Shown one piece after another: positions 1 to 10,101 of a DNA stretch of 64,000 nt. Under the pieces are notes generated by a model. It was not told the DNA's origin, did not search any database, and worked only from the letters and a program-made list of their open reading frames with translations. The stretch is from contig CAYHCB010000005.1 in assembly GCA_964355275.1 (NCBI GenBank), forward strand, positions 4,325 through 68,324, read 5' to 3'. Made by a program: the position numbers and the translations under genes. Numbering within the stretch: position 1 is the stretch's first letter; each line of letters begins with the position of its first letter. This DNA is from an uncultured Gammaproteobacteria bacterium. Lineage in GTDB: Bacteria > Patescibacteriota > Patescibacteriia > Patescibacteriales > UBA12465.

Positions 1-1007
1 CATATTTTTAATTTAGAATTAAAAAATAATTCTTTTTTTGTTAGCAATCCATTTTGTGCCCCCAAATAGGCAATTTTATGAGCTGCATTCTTGCTAGCTA
101 AATAAGCCGCTTTAGCGATGTCACCGGAGCACAATAATAAACCAGCCGCAAAAGTAGAATTATAAACATCGCCAATACCGGTCGTATCTAAATGTTTCTT
201 TTCTTTAATTACTTTTTGATGATAAAAATTAACACCATCATAAAAATTAGCACCATCTGCCCCGTCTGTAATAACTACTATTTCTGGACCGTATGATTTT
301 ATAATCTTTAATAAATTTTTTATATCACTGAAAAAAAGATTGGGCTTCTTGGTGTTAGCTAAATCACTTAAAGCTAAAGCTAAAGCTTCTTCATGATTTA
401 ACATCAAACAATAAGTTCTTTTAAGAAAGGGGGCTAAAGTTTTGATGCCACTATTGTATTGTTTAGAACCGGGATTCCAAAAAATTTTCTTATGACGGGT
501 AGCAAAAATTTGGCGTAAACATTTAAGCCAATTACCGGTTAGCGAGGAAATATAAATATTTTCTGTTTTATTGAGTTCTTCAATTCGTTTAGCATCTAAG
601 GCTAGAAAGTCATTAACACCACGAGTTGTAAAAATAATTCTTTCTCCTTTAGTAATTAAAATAAATGATGACCCGGAATCAGCCCGATCATTAACATAAG
701 CTAAAGAAGAAATTACTCCATGATCTTTAATATTTTTTATAATCGCCCGACCATTCTCATCGTTACCAGTTTCTACTAGGGCAGCAGTTTTAAAACCTAA
801 GCCGGCTAAGTTAACAGCGGCATTAGAAGCGCCACCACCAAACAAATTAATAAACTTGTCTATTCTAAGCTTAGCGCCATATTCAAAGGCTAATAATTTT
901 CTGTGAAGATTAAAAGTATCGCTCTTGTCATTTATTAAAATTCCCTCATCAGTAAAAAAAGCGATATCACGAGTTGTTCCACCAATAGTTATAAAATCAT
1001 ATTTCAT
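1..1007 (-). CDS. PfkB/ribokinase-family carbohydrate kinase (stop lies just outside the window)
   Basis: Read by hand, absent from the ORF track: ATG at 1007 gives MKYDFITIGGTTRD...GGGASNAAVNLAGLG...DTTGIGDVY, with both PfkB signatures. The frame ends ...KLKI-TG at base 1, probably an ATGA overlap with the next gene. Confidence 0.88.
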   Translation of the reverse strand, partial: MKYDFITIGGTTRDIAFFTDEGILINDKSDTFNLHRKLLAFEYGAKLRIDKFINLFGGGASNAAVNLAGLGFKTAALVETGNDENGRAIIKNIKDHGVISSLAYVNDRADSGSSFILITKGERIIFTTRGVNDFLALDAKRIEELNKTENIYISSLTGNWLKCLRQIFATRHKKIFWNPGSKQYNSGIKTLAPFLKRTYCLMLNHEEALALALSDLANTKKPNLFFSDIKNLLKIIKSYGPEIVVITDGADGANFYDGVNFYHQKVIKEKKHLDTTGIGDVYNSTFAAGLLLCSGDIAKAAYLASKNAAHKIAYLGAQNGLLTKKELFFNSKLKI

Positions 1008-1029
1008 ATGCCTGTATATTAACATAATT

Positions 1030-1575
1030 TTACTTCTTTTCCAAAAAGAAGGGCTTTAATCTTTTAGATAAAGAATTAGCCAAATTAAAAAATAATAACA
1101 TAAAACCAGCGCTCCAAATCATTTGCCAAATAAGCTGAGTCCAAAAACGAGACTGCAGTAAGAAAAAACTAAAATCATTTTGTCCACTCTGCCAAATTGC
1201 TAATATTGAGTAGAGTAAAATATTATAAATAAAAACACTAGTTACCGATAAAACAAGGAAAGAATACAGAGAGCGATTAGTTAACCAATTACTTAACATG
1301 AAATCGATAATAAAAATGGTAATCAAAAAAACTAAAATATTTAAACCAAATAAATTAAAACTTAAAATATCTAACCAGAAACCCATAAGAATTGCTAAAA
1401 TAATGGTGGTTTCTAATTTAAAAAATATCAGACTAAAAAGTAAGGAAATTATTACTAAATTTATGGCAAAATAAATTGGTGGCAAAGAAGAAATAAAAGT
1501 TGCTTGAATAATTGCTATTACAGAAAAAACTAAAAAACAAATAAACCACTCTAAATATTTTTTAAAATGTGACAT
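1030..1575 (-). CDS. mreD: Rod shape-determining protein MreD-like membrane protein
   Basis: Five or so TM helices, GFWLDILS motif, directly downstream of mreC. Confidence 0.75.
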   Translation of the reverse strand: MSHFKKYLEWFICFLVFSVIAIIQATFISSLPPIYFAINLVIISLLFSLIFFKLETTIILAILMGFWLDILSFNLFGLNILVFLITIFIIDFMLSNWLTNRSLYSFLVLSVTSVFIYNILLYSILAIWQSGQNDFSFFLLQSRFWTQLIWQMIWSAGFMLLFFNLANSLSKRLKPFFLEKK

Positions 1576-1577
1576 AT

Positions 1578-2390
1578 TTAAGGTGTTAAAATGGTAACAA
1601 TAGTTAAGGTGTTTAAATTGAATAAAGGTTCGATGTTTACATCCTGCCAGATTTCATTACTGCGATTATTAATCTGACTAACTTTACCAATAACTAATCC
1701 CCGAGAAATATTGCCACCTAAACCAGAAGTAATAACAGTATCGCCAATATTTATTTTTTCCGACTGCGGAATAAAATTCATTTTTATAGTTAAACCTAAA
1801 TCTCCTTCAGTGATCCCCATGGTTCTATCTTGGCTTTGAATAGTAGCAGCAAACTTACAACTACGATTAGTGGTTAAACAAATTTTAGATAAATTATCAC
1901 GGACCTCGGAAATCTTTCCGATAATAACACCATTTTCATCAATCACTCCTAAACCTTCTTTAATACCATCTTTAGAGCCCCTATCAATTACGATATCTTG
2001 ATCACCTTCTTTAATATCAAAAACTAAATTTTGTGAAATTACATTAGCTAGAATATTTTTATACTTATTAGCTGACAAAAAAGAAAGCTGTTCCCTTAAC
2101 TTAATATTATCTTGTTCAAGTTCTTTAAATTTAGCATTATCAACTGTTAATCTAACAACCTCTTGCTCTAAAATAGCGGCATGAGAAAAAATATCTTTTT
2201 GCTTTTGACTATCTTCATAAGAATTACTAATTCCCGATCCAGCGCCATAAAAAAAACCAGCCATCGGTTTAACCACCGAAACGGCTAAGTTTTCTAAGGG
2301 GGATAACACTTTAGTAAAATGTAAAACTACAATTAAAATAAAGATAAATCCCCACATCCAATTTTTATTTTTTTTACTATAAAAAGCCAT
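1578..2390 (-). CDS. mreC: Rod shape-determining protein MreC
   Basis: N-terminal TM, coiled coil, IDRGSKDGI and GDTVITSGLGG motifs; follows mreB. Confidence 0.95.
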   Translation of the reverse strand: MAFYSKKNKNWMWGFIFILIVVLHFTKVLSPLENLAVSVVKPMAGFFYGAGSGISNSYEDSQKQKDIFSHAAILEQEVVRLTVDNAKFKELEQDNIKLREQLSFLSANKYKNILANVISQNLVFDIKEGDQDIVIDRGSKDGIKEGLGVIDENGVIIGKISEVRDNLSKICLTTNRSCKFAATIQSQDRTMGITEGDLGLTIKMNFIPQSEKINIGDTVITSGLGGNISRGLVIGKVSQINNRSNEIWQDVNIEPLFNLNTLTIVTILTP

Positions 2391-2404
2391 AGGGCTAATT
2401 TTAA

Positions 2405-3448
2405 TTATTTACCACTAGAGCTTGGCAGCACCACTTTTTCTAGTAACTCCTTATTACCAAGTAAATATCCAGTTCCCCGCACCACGCAGGTTAAAGGGTC
2501 TTCGGCAATCTTAACAGGAATTTTAGCAGCGAGAGAAATTGCTCGATCTAATCCCTGGAGTAAAGCTCCACCGCCAGATAAAAATATGCCTCGCTCATAA
2601 ATATCAGAAACTAATTCTGGTGGTGTTGTTTCTAAAATAGTTTTAATATTGTCTACAATTTTAACAATTGTGCGCGAAATAGCTTCACGAATTTGAATAT
2701 CATTTACCATAATTGCTTTAGGCAAACCAGTAATTAAATCACGACCACGGACTTCCATTTCTTTCGGTTCATCCAGTGGCATAGCCGATCCAATTTTTAC
2801 TTTAATACTTTCAGCAATTTGTTCACCAATTAAAATATTAAACTCTTCACGAATATATTCAATAATATTATTATCAAATTCATTACCAGCTAAACGAAGT
2901 GACTTCCAAGTTACGACACCACCTAAAGAAATAACAGCTATTTCCGTAGTACCGCCACCGATATCTACAACCATAGTAGCGGTTGCCTCAGTAACTGGTA
3001 AATGAGCACCGATAGCAGCGGCCATCGCCTCTTCAATTAAATAAACTTTACGAGCTCCCGCCGAACGAGCAGCGTCTTCCACCGCTTTTCTTTCCACCTC
3101 AGTTAAATCTAGAGGAATCCCAATTACTACTCTCGGTCGAGGAATTAAAGCAAAGTTTTCATTATGAACTTTCGTAATAAAATATTTTAACATTTTTTCT
3201 GTCACTTCAAAATCAGAAATAACGCCATCAACTAATGGTTTTATCGCTTCAATATGGCCGGGAGTCTTACCAACCATTCGGTTAGCTGCCTCACCAACTT
3301 CTAAAATCTCGTTAGTTCTTTTATTAATAGCTACGACTGATGGTTCGTTAATAACGACTCCTTTATCAGTCACGTAAACTAGAGTATTTTTAGTGCCAAG
3401 GTCAATGCCTAAGTCATGGCTGAATCTTCCTAAAAGTTTGGCAAACAT
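2405..3448 (-). CDS. mreB: Actin-like rod shape protein MreB
   Basis: DLGIDLGT, EPSVVA, VVDIGGGTTE and GGGALL motifs. Confidence 0.98.
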   Translation of the reverse strand: MFAKLLGRFSHDLGIDLGTKNTLVYVTDKGVVINEPSVVAINKRTNEILEVGEAANRMVGKTPGHIEAIKPLVDGVISDFEVTEKMLKYFITKVHNENFALIPRPRVVIGIPLDLTEVERKAVEDAARSAGARKVYLIEEAMAAAIGAHLPVTEATATMVVDIGGGTTEIAVISLGGVVTWKSLRLAGNEFDNNIIEYIREEFNILIGEQIAESIKVKIGSAMPLDEPKEMEVRGRDLITGLPKAIMVNDIQIREAISRTIVKIVDNIKTILETTPPELVSDIYERGIFLSGGGALLQGLDRAISLAAKIPVKIAEDPLTCVVRGTGYLLGNKELLEKVVLPSSSGK

Positions 3449-3464
3449 ATAGTAGTAAAATTAG

Positions 3465-4892
3465 TTAATAACTTTTGGCAAAATACCAATCATGCTTAGC
3501 TTCACCACCGGTAATAAAACATTTTTTATTTTTTGGAGCTTGTCCTTCATTGGCAGTAGGCAGAACTCGAGAAACCATTTGATATTTCTCTTTAAGAATT
3601 TTTTCGCTTTCTGGATCTTCACTCCAACTGGCTTCAAACCAGCCTTGTCTATCATCAATTTCATCCATATTTTCAATCCGATAAATATGATTTTTGGTAA
3701 ATTCTAAAGCTTGATCATATAAATTTTTGTGAATACTTATCATTAATTTTTCTAGAAAATTAGATAACTCACATAAAGAAGCACCAGTTTTTTCTAAGGT
3801 ATCACGGCGGTAAACAGAAACCAAACCCTCTTCAACTTCTTTTGGACCAATTTCTAAACGAACTGGCACACCGCGAACCTCCCAATGATTAAATTTAAAA
3901 CCAGGAGTTAGACCATCTCGCTCGTCAATTTTAATGCGATAAATTTTAGCTAAATCTTTTTTGATACTTTCACAATAAGCTAGAACTTTAGCCTTAGTTT
4001 CATCATCTTTATAAATAGGAACAATAATTATTTGAATTGGAGCAACATTAGGTGGTAAGCGTAAACCATTATCATCACCATGCCCCATAATTAAAGCTCC
4101 AACCGCGCGCCATGCAAATCCCCAACTATTTTGGTGACCATAATGCATTTCACCATCAGCGCCTAAATATTTTACATTAAAAACTTTAGCAAAATTAGTA
4201 CCTAAATAATGACTAGTACCACCTTGGATAGCTTTGCCGTCCTTAGACATAACTTCAGCTGTTTTAGTCATTACCGCTCCAGCAAATTTTTCACTCTCTG
4301 ACTTACGACCAGTAAAAGATGGTAGGGCCATAAACTCATAAGTATCAGCATAGAATCCTAAAATCTTATCAACTTCTAATCTGGCCTCTTCTTCGCTGGC
4401 AAAAACAGTATGACCTTCTTGCCATAAAAATTCACTCCAACGTAAAAAAGCACGTGGACGTTTCTCCCAACGAACAACATTGGCCCACTGATTTAAACGT
4501 AATGGTAAATCTTTATAACTTTGAATCCAGCGAGCATAAGTTTTATACATTGCTGCTTCACTAGTTGGACGAATTGCCAATTTATTAACTAACTCTTCCC
4601 CACCAGCATGAGTCACAACTGCTAGTTCTGGCGCAAAGCCTTCGATGTGATCCTTTTCAGCCATTAAATTTTCCATTGGTACAAAAATTGGAAAATAAAC
4701 ATTCTCTACGCCATCATCTTCTAACAGGCGACTAAGTTCTGCTTTTATTAATTCCCAAATCTTTAAACCATAAGGCCTGACAATACCACAACCACGGACC
4801 TCAGAATTATCGGCTAATTCCGCTTCTTTAATAACATCCTGATACCACTCAGGAAAATTTTCGCTTTGTTTAGTTATATTATTTTTAGCCAT
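3465..4892 (-). CDS. proS: Prolyl-tRNA synthetase, archaeal/eukaryotic type
   Basis: IRPTSE, FLRWSEFLWQEGHT, QGGTSHYLG and C-terminal FAKSY. Confidence 0.97.
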   Translation of the reverse strand: MAKNNITKQSENFPEWYQDVIKEAELADNSEVRGCGIVRPYGLKIWELIKAELSRLLEDDGVENVYFPIFVPMENLMAEKDHIEGFAPELAVVTHAGGEELVNKLAIRPTSEAAMYKTYARWIQSYKDLPLRLNQWANVVRWEKRPRAFLRWSEFLWQEGHTVFASEEEARLEVDKILGFYADTYEFMALPSFTGRKSESEKFAGAVMTKTAEVMSKDGKAIQGGTSHYLGTNFAKVFNVKYLGADGEMHYGHQNSWGFAWRAVGALIMGHGDDNGLRLPPNVAPIQIIIVPIYKDDETKAKVLAYCESIKKDLAKIYRIKIDERDGLTPGFKFNHWEVRGVPVRLEIGPKEVEEGLVSVYRRDTLEKTGASLCELSNFLEKLMISIHKNLYDQALEFTKNHIYRIENMDEIDDRQGWFEASWSEDPESEKILKEKYQMVSRVLPTANEGQAPKNKKCFITGGEAKHDWYFAKSY

Positions 4893-5006
4893 ATATTTTT
4901 TGTGTATTTTAGTCTATTTTAACGTATAAAAACGACAAAGTCAAAGAAAAAATTTAAAATAAAAATGACTAATTGCTTGATTATTATTAGTCTTTTTAAC
5001 TTTATT

Positions 5007-5585
5007 TTATCGTCCTAATTGTTTTAAAGCGGCTTTAACCCGACCACCACTGCTGGTAATTGCTGGTTCTACTTGATTTAAAGCTTCTCTGGCCTCACCG
5101 ACTGAATAACCTAAGGATATAAGAGCATCTAATTCATCACTAGTGCCACTATAAGTATTGCCAATTGAAATATTGCTACCAGAAATACGGGCAACCTTAC
5201 TTTTAAGTTCTAAAACTAAACGTTCCGCAGTTTTTTTACCGATACCAGAAACTTTAGTCAGCAAATTAGCATCTCCACGAATAATTGCTTCGATAATGTC
5301 AGTTGGAGTAGCCAGCGATATGACTGCTAAAGCTGATTTTGGACCAACACCAGAAACAGATAATAATAATTCAAATAATTCTAATTCTTCTAAACTGTTA
5401 AAACCATAGAGATCGCTAACATCTTCACGCACCCGATGATGAGTGTAAATTTCCGAAATATCACCCAGTTTAAGGTTAGCTGAAAAATTTTCACCAACAA
5501 AAATTTGATAACCGATACCATTTGTTTCTAAAATAATATAATTATTATTTTTAGTAATTATTTTTCCTTTAAGATAAGCTATCAT
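5007..5585 (-). CDS. ruvA: Holliday junction branch migration protein RuvA
   Basis: MIAYLKG, LYGF, VSGVGPKSAL and GIGKKTAERLVLELK. Confidence 0.97.
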   Translation of the reverse strand: MIAYLKGKIITKNNNYIILETNGIGYQIFVGENFSANLKLGDISEIYTHHRVREDVSDLYGFNSLEELELFELLLSVSGVGPKSALAVISLATPTDIIEAIIRGDANLLTKVSGIGKKTAERLVLELKSKVARISGSNISIGNTYSGTSDELDALISLGYSVGEAREALNQVEPAITSSGGRVKAALKQLGR

Positions 5586-6856
5586 ATATTTTTTCTTCTT
5601 AAAACACTTAAAACCGGAATTTCTTTATTTACAATAATTAAAGCCGTACGACTGCCACCACCACCGTGAACTTCACTTAATTGCTCACCCGTTTTAGCAT
5701 CAAATATTTTTGAGGGGCTTATTTTTATTATATCATATCTAGAACCAATAATTTCTACGACATCACCAACTTTAAGGGTATTATGAACCTGAAAATAAAG
5801 AGTATGCTCATTAGCTTTTAACTTTGGTTTAAAAAAGTTAGTTTCAGATTTAATTACCTGACCACAAAATTCCCAATCACTTTGAGAATTAGCGCTAGTT
5901 AAATTTTGTTCCGCTTTAGTGCCTAGTAAAAAACCAGAAGTATACCCCCTGTGTACTAATTTTTCTACCAGTTCATTTTTTAAATATTTTAATTCTTTTT
6001 TCCATTCTAGCGCACTGGGTTTTTTAGCTAAAAAAGTTAAAGCTCTAGCATAAATTCCGGAAACTACCGCTTGATAATAAACGCTTTTAGCGCGACCTTC
6101 AATCTTTAAAGAAACCACGCCAGCTGAGATTAACTCTGGTAAATATTCCAGCAAACAAAGATCTTTAGAGTTAAGTAAATAAGTGCCATGTTCCTCGCTA
6201 ACTAAATCAAATTCTTCTTCGTGATTACGAGCTTTAATACTATACTCCCAACGGCACGGTTGAGCGCAATCACCTAAATTACCACTACGATCCACTAATT
6301 CTTTAGACAAAAAACAGCGACCCGAATAAGCCATACACATTGCTCCGTGTACAAAATACTCTAGCTCCATTTTGGGAACAGCTTTATGAATTTCTTTAAT
6401 CTCTTTTAAAGTCACTTCTCGGCCTAAAACAATTCGCGTTACCCCATTTTTATACCAAAATTTAGTCGCCGCCGCATTAGTGCAATTAGCTTGTGTAGAT
6501 AAATGAATTTCTGCTTGCGGCCAATGCTCTTTTACAATAGCCATTATTCCTGGATCAGAAATAATTAAAGCATCTGGCTTCATTACTTTTATCTTCTTAA
6601 CATAATCTGGTAATTTAACTAAATGTTTATTGTGCGCAAAAATATTTAAAGTAACATAAACTTTTTTATTAGCTAAATGAGCCTCTTTAATTGCTAAAGC
6701 CACAGTCTTTAAATCGAAATCATTAATACGCACTCGTAGCGAAAAATCTGGAATACCTAAATACACCGCATCAGCTCCCGCCGAAAAGGCTGTTCTCATT
6801 TTTAAAATATTGCCAGCTGGCGCCAATAGTTCTATTTTTTTCATAAAATTAGCCAT
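5582..6856 (-). CDS. Peptidase U32 family protein (TrhP/YegQ-like tRNA hydroxylase)
   Basis: ELLAPAG, HLSTQAN, HGAMCMAYSGRC...CAQPCRW and LKIEGR. Confidence 0.92.
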   Translation of the reverse strand: MANFMKKIELLAPAGNILKMRTAFSAGADAVYLGIPDFSLRVRINDFDLKTVALAIKEAHLANKKVYVTLNIFAHNKHLVKLPDYVKKIKVMKPDALIISDPGIMAIVKEHWPQAEIHLSTQANCTNAAATKFWYKNGVTRIVLGREVTLKEIKEIHKAVPKMELEYFVHGAMCMAYSGRCFLSKELVDRSGNLGDCAQPCRWEYSIKARNHEEEFDLVSEEHGTYLLNSKDLCLLEYLPELISAGVVSLKIEGRAKSVYYQAVVSGIYARALTFLAKKPSALEWKKELKYLKNELVEKLVHRGYTSGFLLGTKAEQNLTSANSQSDWEFCGQVIKSETNFFKPKLKANEHTLYFQVHNTLKVGDVVEIIGSRYDIIKISPSKIFDAKTGEQLSEVHGGGGSRTALIIVNKEIPVLSVLRRKNI

Positions 6857-6904
6857 TTTATTTAATCAAAATAAGTATAGCGTAAAATTTGATTTAAATA
6901 AATA

Positions 6905-6933
6905 TTGACAGAACAAAACATAATGAGTAATCT
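6905..6933 (+). promoter_or_regulatory. Sigma70-type promoter TTGACA-17-TAATCT
   Basis: -35 at 6905-6910, -10 at 6928-6933, upstream of the 7099 gene. Confidence 0.7.
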
Positions 6934-7098
6934 GGTAATAATAAAACTACTTTAAAAAATATTTTATCTTAGCCGAAAATAGCTTAATAACGTCATTAGG
7001 CTCTTGTCGGCTATGGCAAAATCACGATGATTCGCCCAGTATTAACTCACAACAAATTCTTACCAAGAGAACTAAGTTGCTAAAATGGAGGAGTAAAC

Positions 7099-7671
7099 AT
7101 GTCAAGAATTTATTCAATCGAAGCGATGAACCAGTTGGCGGACGCTCTCGAACAAGCAGGTTTTTCCGGCGAAGACCTAGCTAAATTAAAACAGTTTAAA
7201 AATTTATCAGGTCTTAAAAATGCTATCAATGGTTTAGCTGAAATTGTCGACCGAGAAAACATCATTGATTTCAATCTTAAACCATTTACGCCCAGAGGTT
7301 GGGTGGTCGATGAACACTTACAGTTTGGTAAATGGCCATTTGATATAAATACCGTAAGCCTTTACCGGGATGAAAAGCAAAAAAACGAAAGCCTTATTGG
7401 TGGGCACGACCTACGAATTAATCTTGTTGGCCGCTTACTCCTTAACGCCAACGTACTCGATTTCTTAATCGATCATCCTAACCTTATTCCCGAACCCTGG
7501 AAAGAGTTTTATGTATTTTTCTGGGGAACTCTTTATCGCAATCAGCGAAACGAACTACAGGTAAGAGGTCTTGTTTGGGACGGCAGAAGCTGGAATTGGC
7601 TGACTCGCTGTCTTGATGAAAAGTTTAGAACTGACCAACCTGCCCTTATTATTAAAAGTCAAAAAAAATAG
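7099..7671 (+). CDS. Hypothetical protein of a CPR-type family with a Trp-rich C-terminal domain
   Basis: SD GGAGGAG at 7087-7093; LNANVLDFL...P.LIPE.WK...VFFWGT motif that I recall from Parcubacteria hypotheticals. Confidence 0.8.
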   Translation: MSRIYSIEAMNQLADALEQAGFSGEDLAKLKQFKNLSGLKNAINGLAEIVDRENIIDFNLKPFTPRGWVVDEHLQFGKWPFDINTVSLYRDEKQKNESLIGGHDLRINLVGRLLLNANVLDFLIDHPNLIPEPWKEFYVFFWGTLYRNQRNELQVRGLVWDGRSWNWLTRCLDEKFRTDQPALIIKSQKK

Positions 7672-7697
7672 ATCTTAATAATTGTTTCTGTTTTTAT

Positions 7698-7733
7698 AAC
7701 CTTAATTAGCGTAAAGCTGATTAAGGTTTTTTT
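7698..7733 (+). terminator. Intrinsic terminator
   Basis: AACCTTAATTAGC-gtaaa-GCTGATTAAGGTT followed by a T-run. Confidence 0.85.
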
Positions 7734-7744
7734 ATTAAAAATTA

Positions 7745-7767
7745 AGCTCCACTTTATTAGCGGAGCT
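7745..7767 (-). terminator. Probable terminator hairpin of the 7787 gene
   Basis: AGCTCC.CT...AG.GGAGCT stem. Confidence 0.55.
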
Positions 7768-7786
7768 CATCGGGAGAGAACAATTA

Positions 7787-8236
7787 TTATTCAGTTGTTG
7801 GTGCCGGAGGAATCTGACTACCGACAATATGCGACAATCTAATTAACTTAAGAGATACCTCCTCCCAAGTGCCGGTAAACCCAAAGATGGTTTCCTCTTT
7901 CTGGGTTTTTTCCAGATATTTAGGAAGATCTTTATTAAAAGTAGTTTTGGCAATTACGGCACGATTCCCCAGAAAAAATTCAACACTTAGCAAGGCGTAC
8001 TGGCCGGACGTAAAAGGCTCAATATCCAAATGAAGAGTAAAAATATTTTCGGGGTCTTCATTTTCGCAATCCAGAACTAAACCGTCTTCGCTATCATAGC
8101 GCAGGTCTTCGTTGCTGGTAAATCCGACTGAAAAAATTGGCAAACTTCTTAAAAATTTTGACCAAGCCTCCAGGTCGCTTAATGAAAATTTATTTACTTT
8201 AGCGACTGCCTTGATTAACTTTGCAGATGGTTTCAT
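7787..8236 (-). CDS. Hypothetical protein
   Basis: 149-aa ORF with its own promoter and terminator; no recognisable motif. Confidence 0.7.
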   Translation of the reverse strand: MKPSAKLIKAVAKVNKFSLSDLEAWSKFLRSLPIFSVGFTSNEDLRYDSEDGLVLDCENEDPENIFTLHLDIEPFTSGQYALLSVEFFLGNRAVIAKTTFNKDLPKYLEKTQKEETIFGFTGTWEEVSLKLIRLSHIVGSQIPPAPTTE

Positions 8237-8319
8237 GGGTACGGGGGTTTAGATTGTTTATACTAAAGGACGATTAAATTATGTTTTTATTTTTTTAGTA
8301 AAAAGATAATTGGTAATTT

Positions 8320-8348
8320 TTTATACCACGCATAAAAAAAATTGTCAA
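8320..8348 (-). promoter_or_regulatory. Sigma70-type promoter TTGACA-17-TATAAA with extended TG
   Basis: Reverse complement of 8343-8348 and 8320-8325. Confidence 0.7.
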
Positions 8349-8373
8349 TACTTATTACTTTTAAATTAATCAC

Positions 8374-8400
8374 AAAAAAGCTGCCCCAGAGGGGCAGCTT
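8374..8400 (-). terminator. Intrinsic terminator of the lemA-SPFH-htpX operon
   Basis: AAGCTGCCCC-aga-GGGGCAGCTT with an A-run on the + strand. Confidence 0.88.
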
Positions 8401-8422
8401 GTATTTATTTAGCAAATAATTA

Positions 8423-9325
8423 CTATCTTATCTCACTATCTCTTAACCTTTTAATTCTCTCTTCAATTGGTGGATGAGTCATAAAAGCCTTAGCTAACCA
8501 AGAGGCTTTTTTATTTTCATTACCTTTAAGCGGTGAAATAATATACATATGGGCCGTCGCTCGATTAGCCACTTCCAGTTCATCGGGGTCAGCACTAATT
8601 TTCTCCAGTGCCCTAGCTAATCCCTCTGGATAGCGAGTAAGTAAGGCGCCACTAGCATCAGCTAAAAATTCTCTTTTTCGAGAAACTGCCATTTGTAATA
8701 GTTGCGCTGATATAGGTGCTAAAATTGATAATAAAATTATTATAATTAAACCTATACCCCCGCCGCCATTTTCATTATTACCGCGACGCCCAAAAAAAGC
8801 GGAACGCGATGACCAGTCAACAATTAAAATTATAGTCCCCACTAAGACAGTCGCAATAGTAGAAATTAAAATATCCCGATTACCAATATGAGATAATTCG
8901 TGAGCAATAACGCCCTCGAGTTCAGCTTTATCTAACTTAGCTAAAATACCAGAAGTAAGCGCAATAGCGGCGTGTTCTGGATCGCGTCCAGTAGCAAAAG
9001 CATTAGGAGCACTGTCTTCAATAATATAAATTTTAGGAAAAGGTAGACCAGCAGTAATACATAAATTCTCTACTAAATGATAAATTTCTCTACCATTATC
9101 ATGGTCCACTAATTTGGCTCCAGACATAGATAGCACAATTTTATCGCTCCACCAATAACTTACAAAACTAGAAACAATACTAAATAAAACAGCTAATACT
9201 AAAATTCCAGGATTATTAAAATACCAAGAAACAATATAGCCAATTATCATGACTAGGATGAAAAACCCGGTCATTAGAAACCAGGTTTTTCTTTTGTTGA
9301 GTGCACTATCATTATATAAAGTCAT
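8423..9325 (-). CDS. htpX: Zinc metalloprotease HtpX (M48)
   Basis: PNAFATG, AHELSH, SRKREFLAD and THPP motifs. Confidence 0.96.
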   Translation of the reverse strand: MTLYNDSALNKRKTWFLMTGFFILVMIIGYIVSWYFNNPGILVLAVLFSIVSSFVSYWWSDKIVLSMSGAKLVDHDNGREIYHLVENLCITAGLPFPKIYIIEDSAPNAFATGRDPEHAAIALTSGILAKLDKAELEGVIAHELSHIGNRDILISTIATVLVGTIILIVDWSSRSAFFGRRGNNENGGGGIGLIIIILLSILAPISAQLLQMAVSRKREFLADASGALLTRYPEGLARALEKISADPDELEVANRATAHMYIISPLKGNENKKASWLAKAFMTHPPIEERIKRLRDSEIR

Positions 9326-9328
9326 AAC

Positions 9329-10078
9329 TTACTGTTGATCCTTTTTAAATCCCCCAGCAAAAGCTTTAAGTATTTCAACTGGAGTCACAAATACGACAGT
9401 ATTAGATTGGTCGCTAGATATATCATTAATTGACTGCAAAGTGCGTAAATGCAAAGCGCCGTCAGAGGCTGCCAGTATTTTAGCGGCTTTAGCAATATTT
9501 TCTGCGGCAGCAACCTCACCTTCAGAGTTAATAATAACGGCTCTCTTTTCACGTTCGGCTTCCGCTTGTTTAGCGATAGTTCGTTCCATTGATTCAGGAA
9601 GAGAGACATCTTTAAGCTCTACATTATTAACTTTAATACCCCACTCATCAGTTTCTTTATCAACAATTTCTTTAATCCGTTCGGCAATTTTATCACGTTG
9701 GCCTAAAAGCTCATCCAAAGATACCTCGCCAACAATATTTCTCATAGTAGTTTGAGCATATTGAGAAACCGCATAATAAAAATTTTCAACTTCAATCACC
9801 GCTTTAGCGGCATCAGATACTTTATAATAAATAACAGCATTAACAGTAACTGAAACATTGTCACGAGTAATCGCTTTTTGATCAGGAACATCTACAGCTT
9901 TAATACGAATATCAACTTTTTTAAAAGTCTGAAAAACTGGAACAAGTAACCGCCAACCTGGTTCCATGATATAAGAATAACGACCCATGGTAAAAACGAC
10001 ACCACGCTCCCATTGATTTACCTGCTTTAAACAAACTAAGACTAAGAAAACAATAACTCCAATAATTGTCCAAAACAT
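9329..10078 (-). CDS. SPFH/stomatin (slipin) family protein
   Basis: N-terminal TM, ITRDNVSV, AQTTMRNIVG and QAEAEREKRA. Confidence 0.95.
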   Translation of the reverse strand: MFWTIIGVIVFLVLVCLKQVNQWERGVVFTMGRYSYIMEPGWRLLVPVFQTFKKVDIRIKAVDVPDQKAITRDNVSVTVNAVIYYKVSDAAKAVIEVENFYYAVSQYAQTTMRNIVGEVSLDELLGQRDKIAERIKEIVDKETDEWGIKVNNVELKDVSLPESMERTIAKQAEAEREKRAVIINSEGEVAAAENIAKAAKILAASDGALHLRTLQSINDISSDQSNTVVFVTPVEILKAFAGGFKKDQQ

Positions 10079-10101
10079 AAATTATAAAATTATTTTATAA
10101 A

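Noticed and set aside
7014-7040. GGCAAA hairpin suggesting a c-di-GMP-I riboswitch
   Set aside because: No GNRA-capped P2, and no following GCAAA or P3 consensus.
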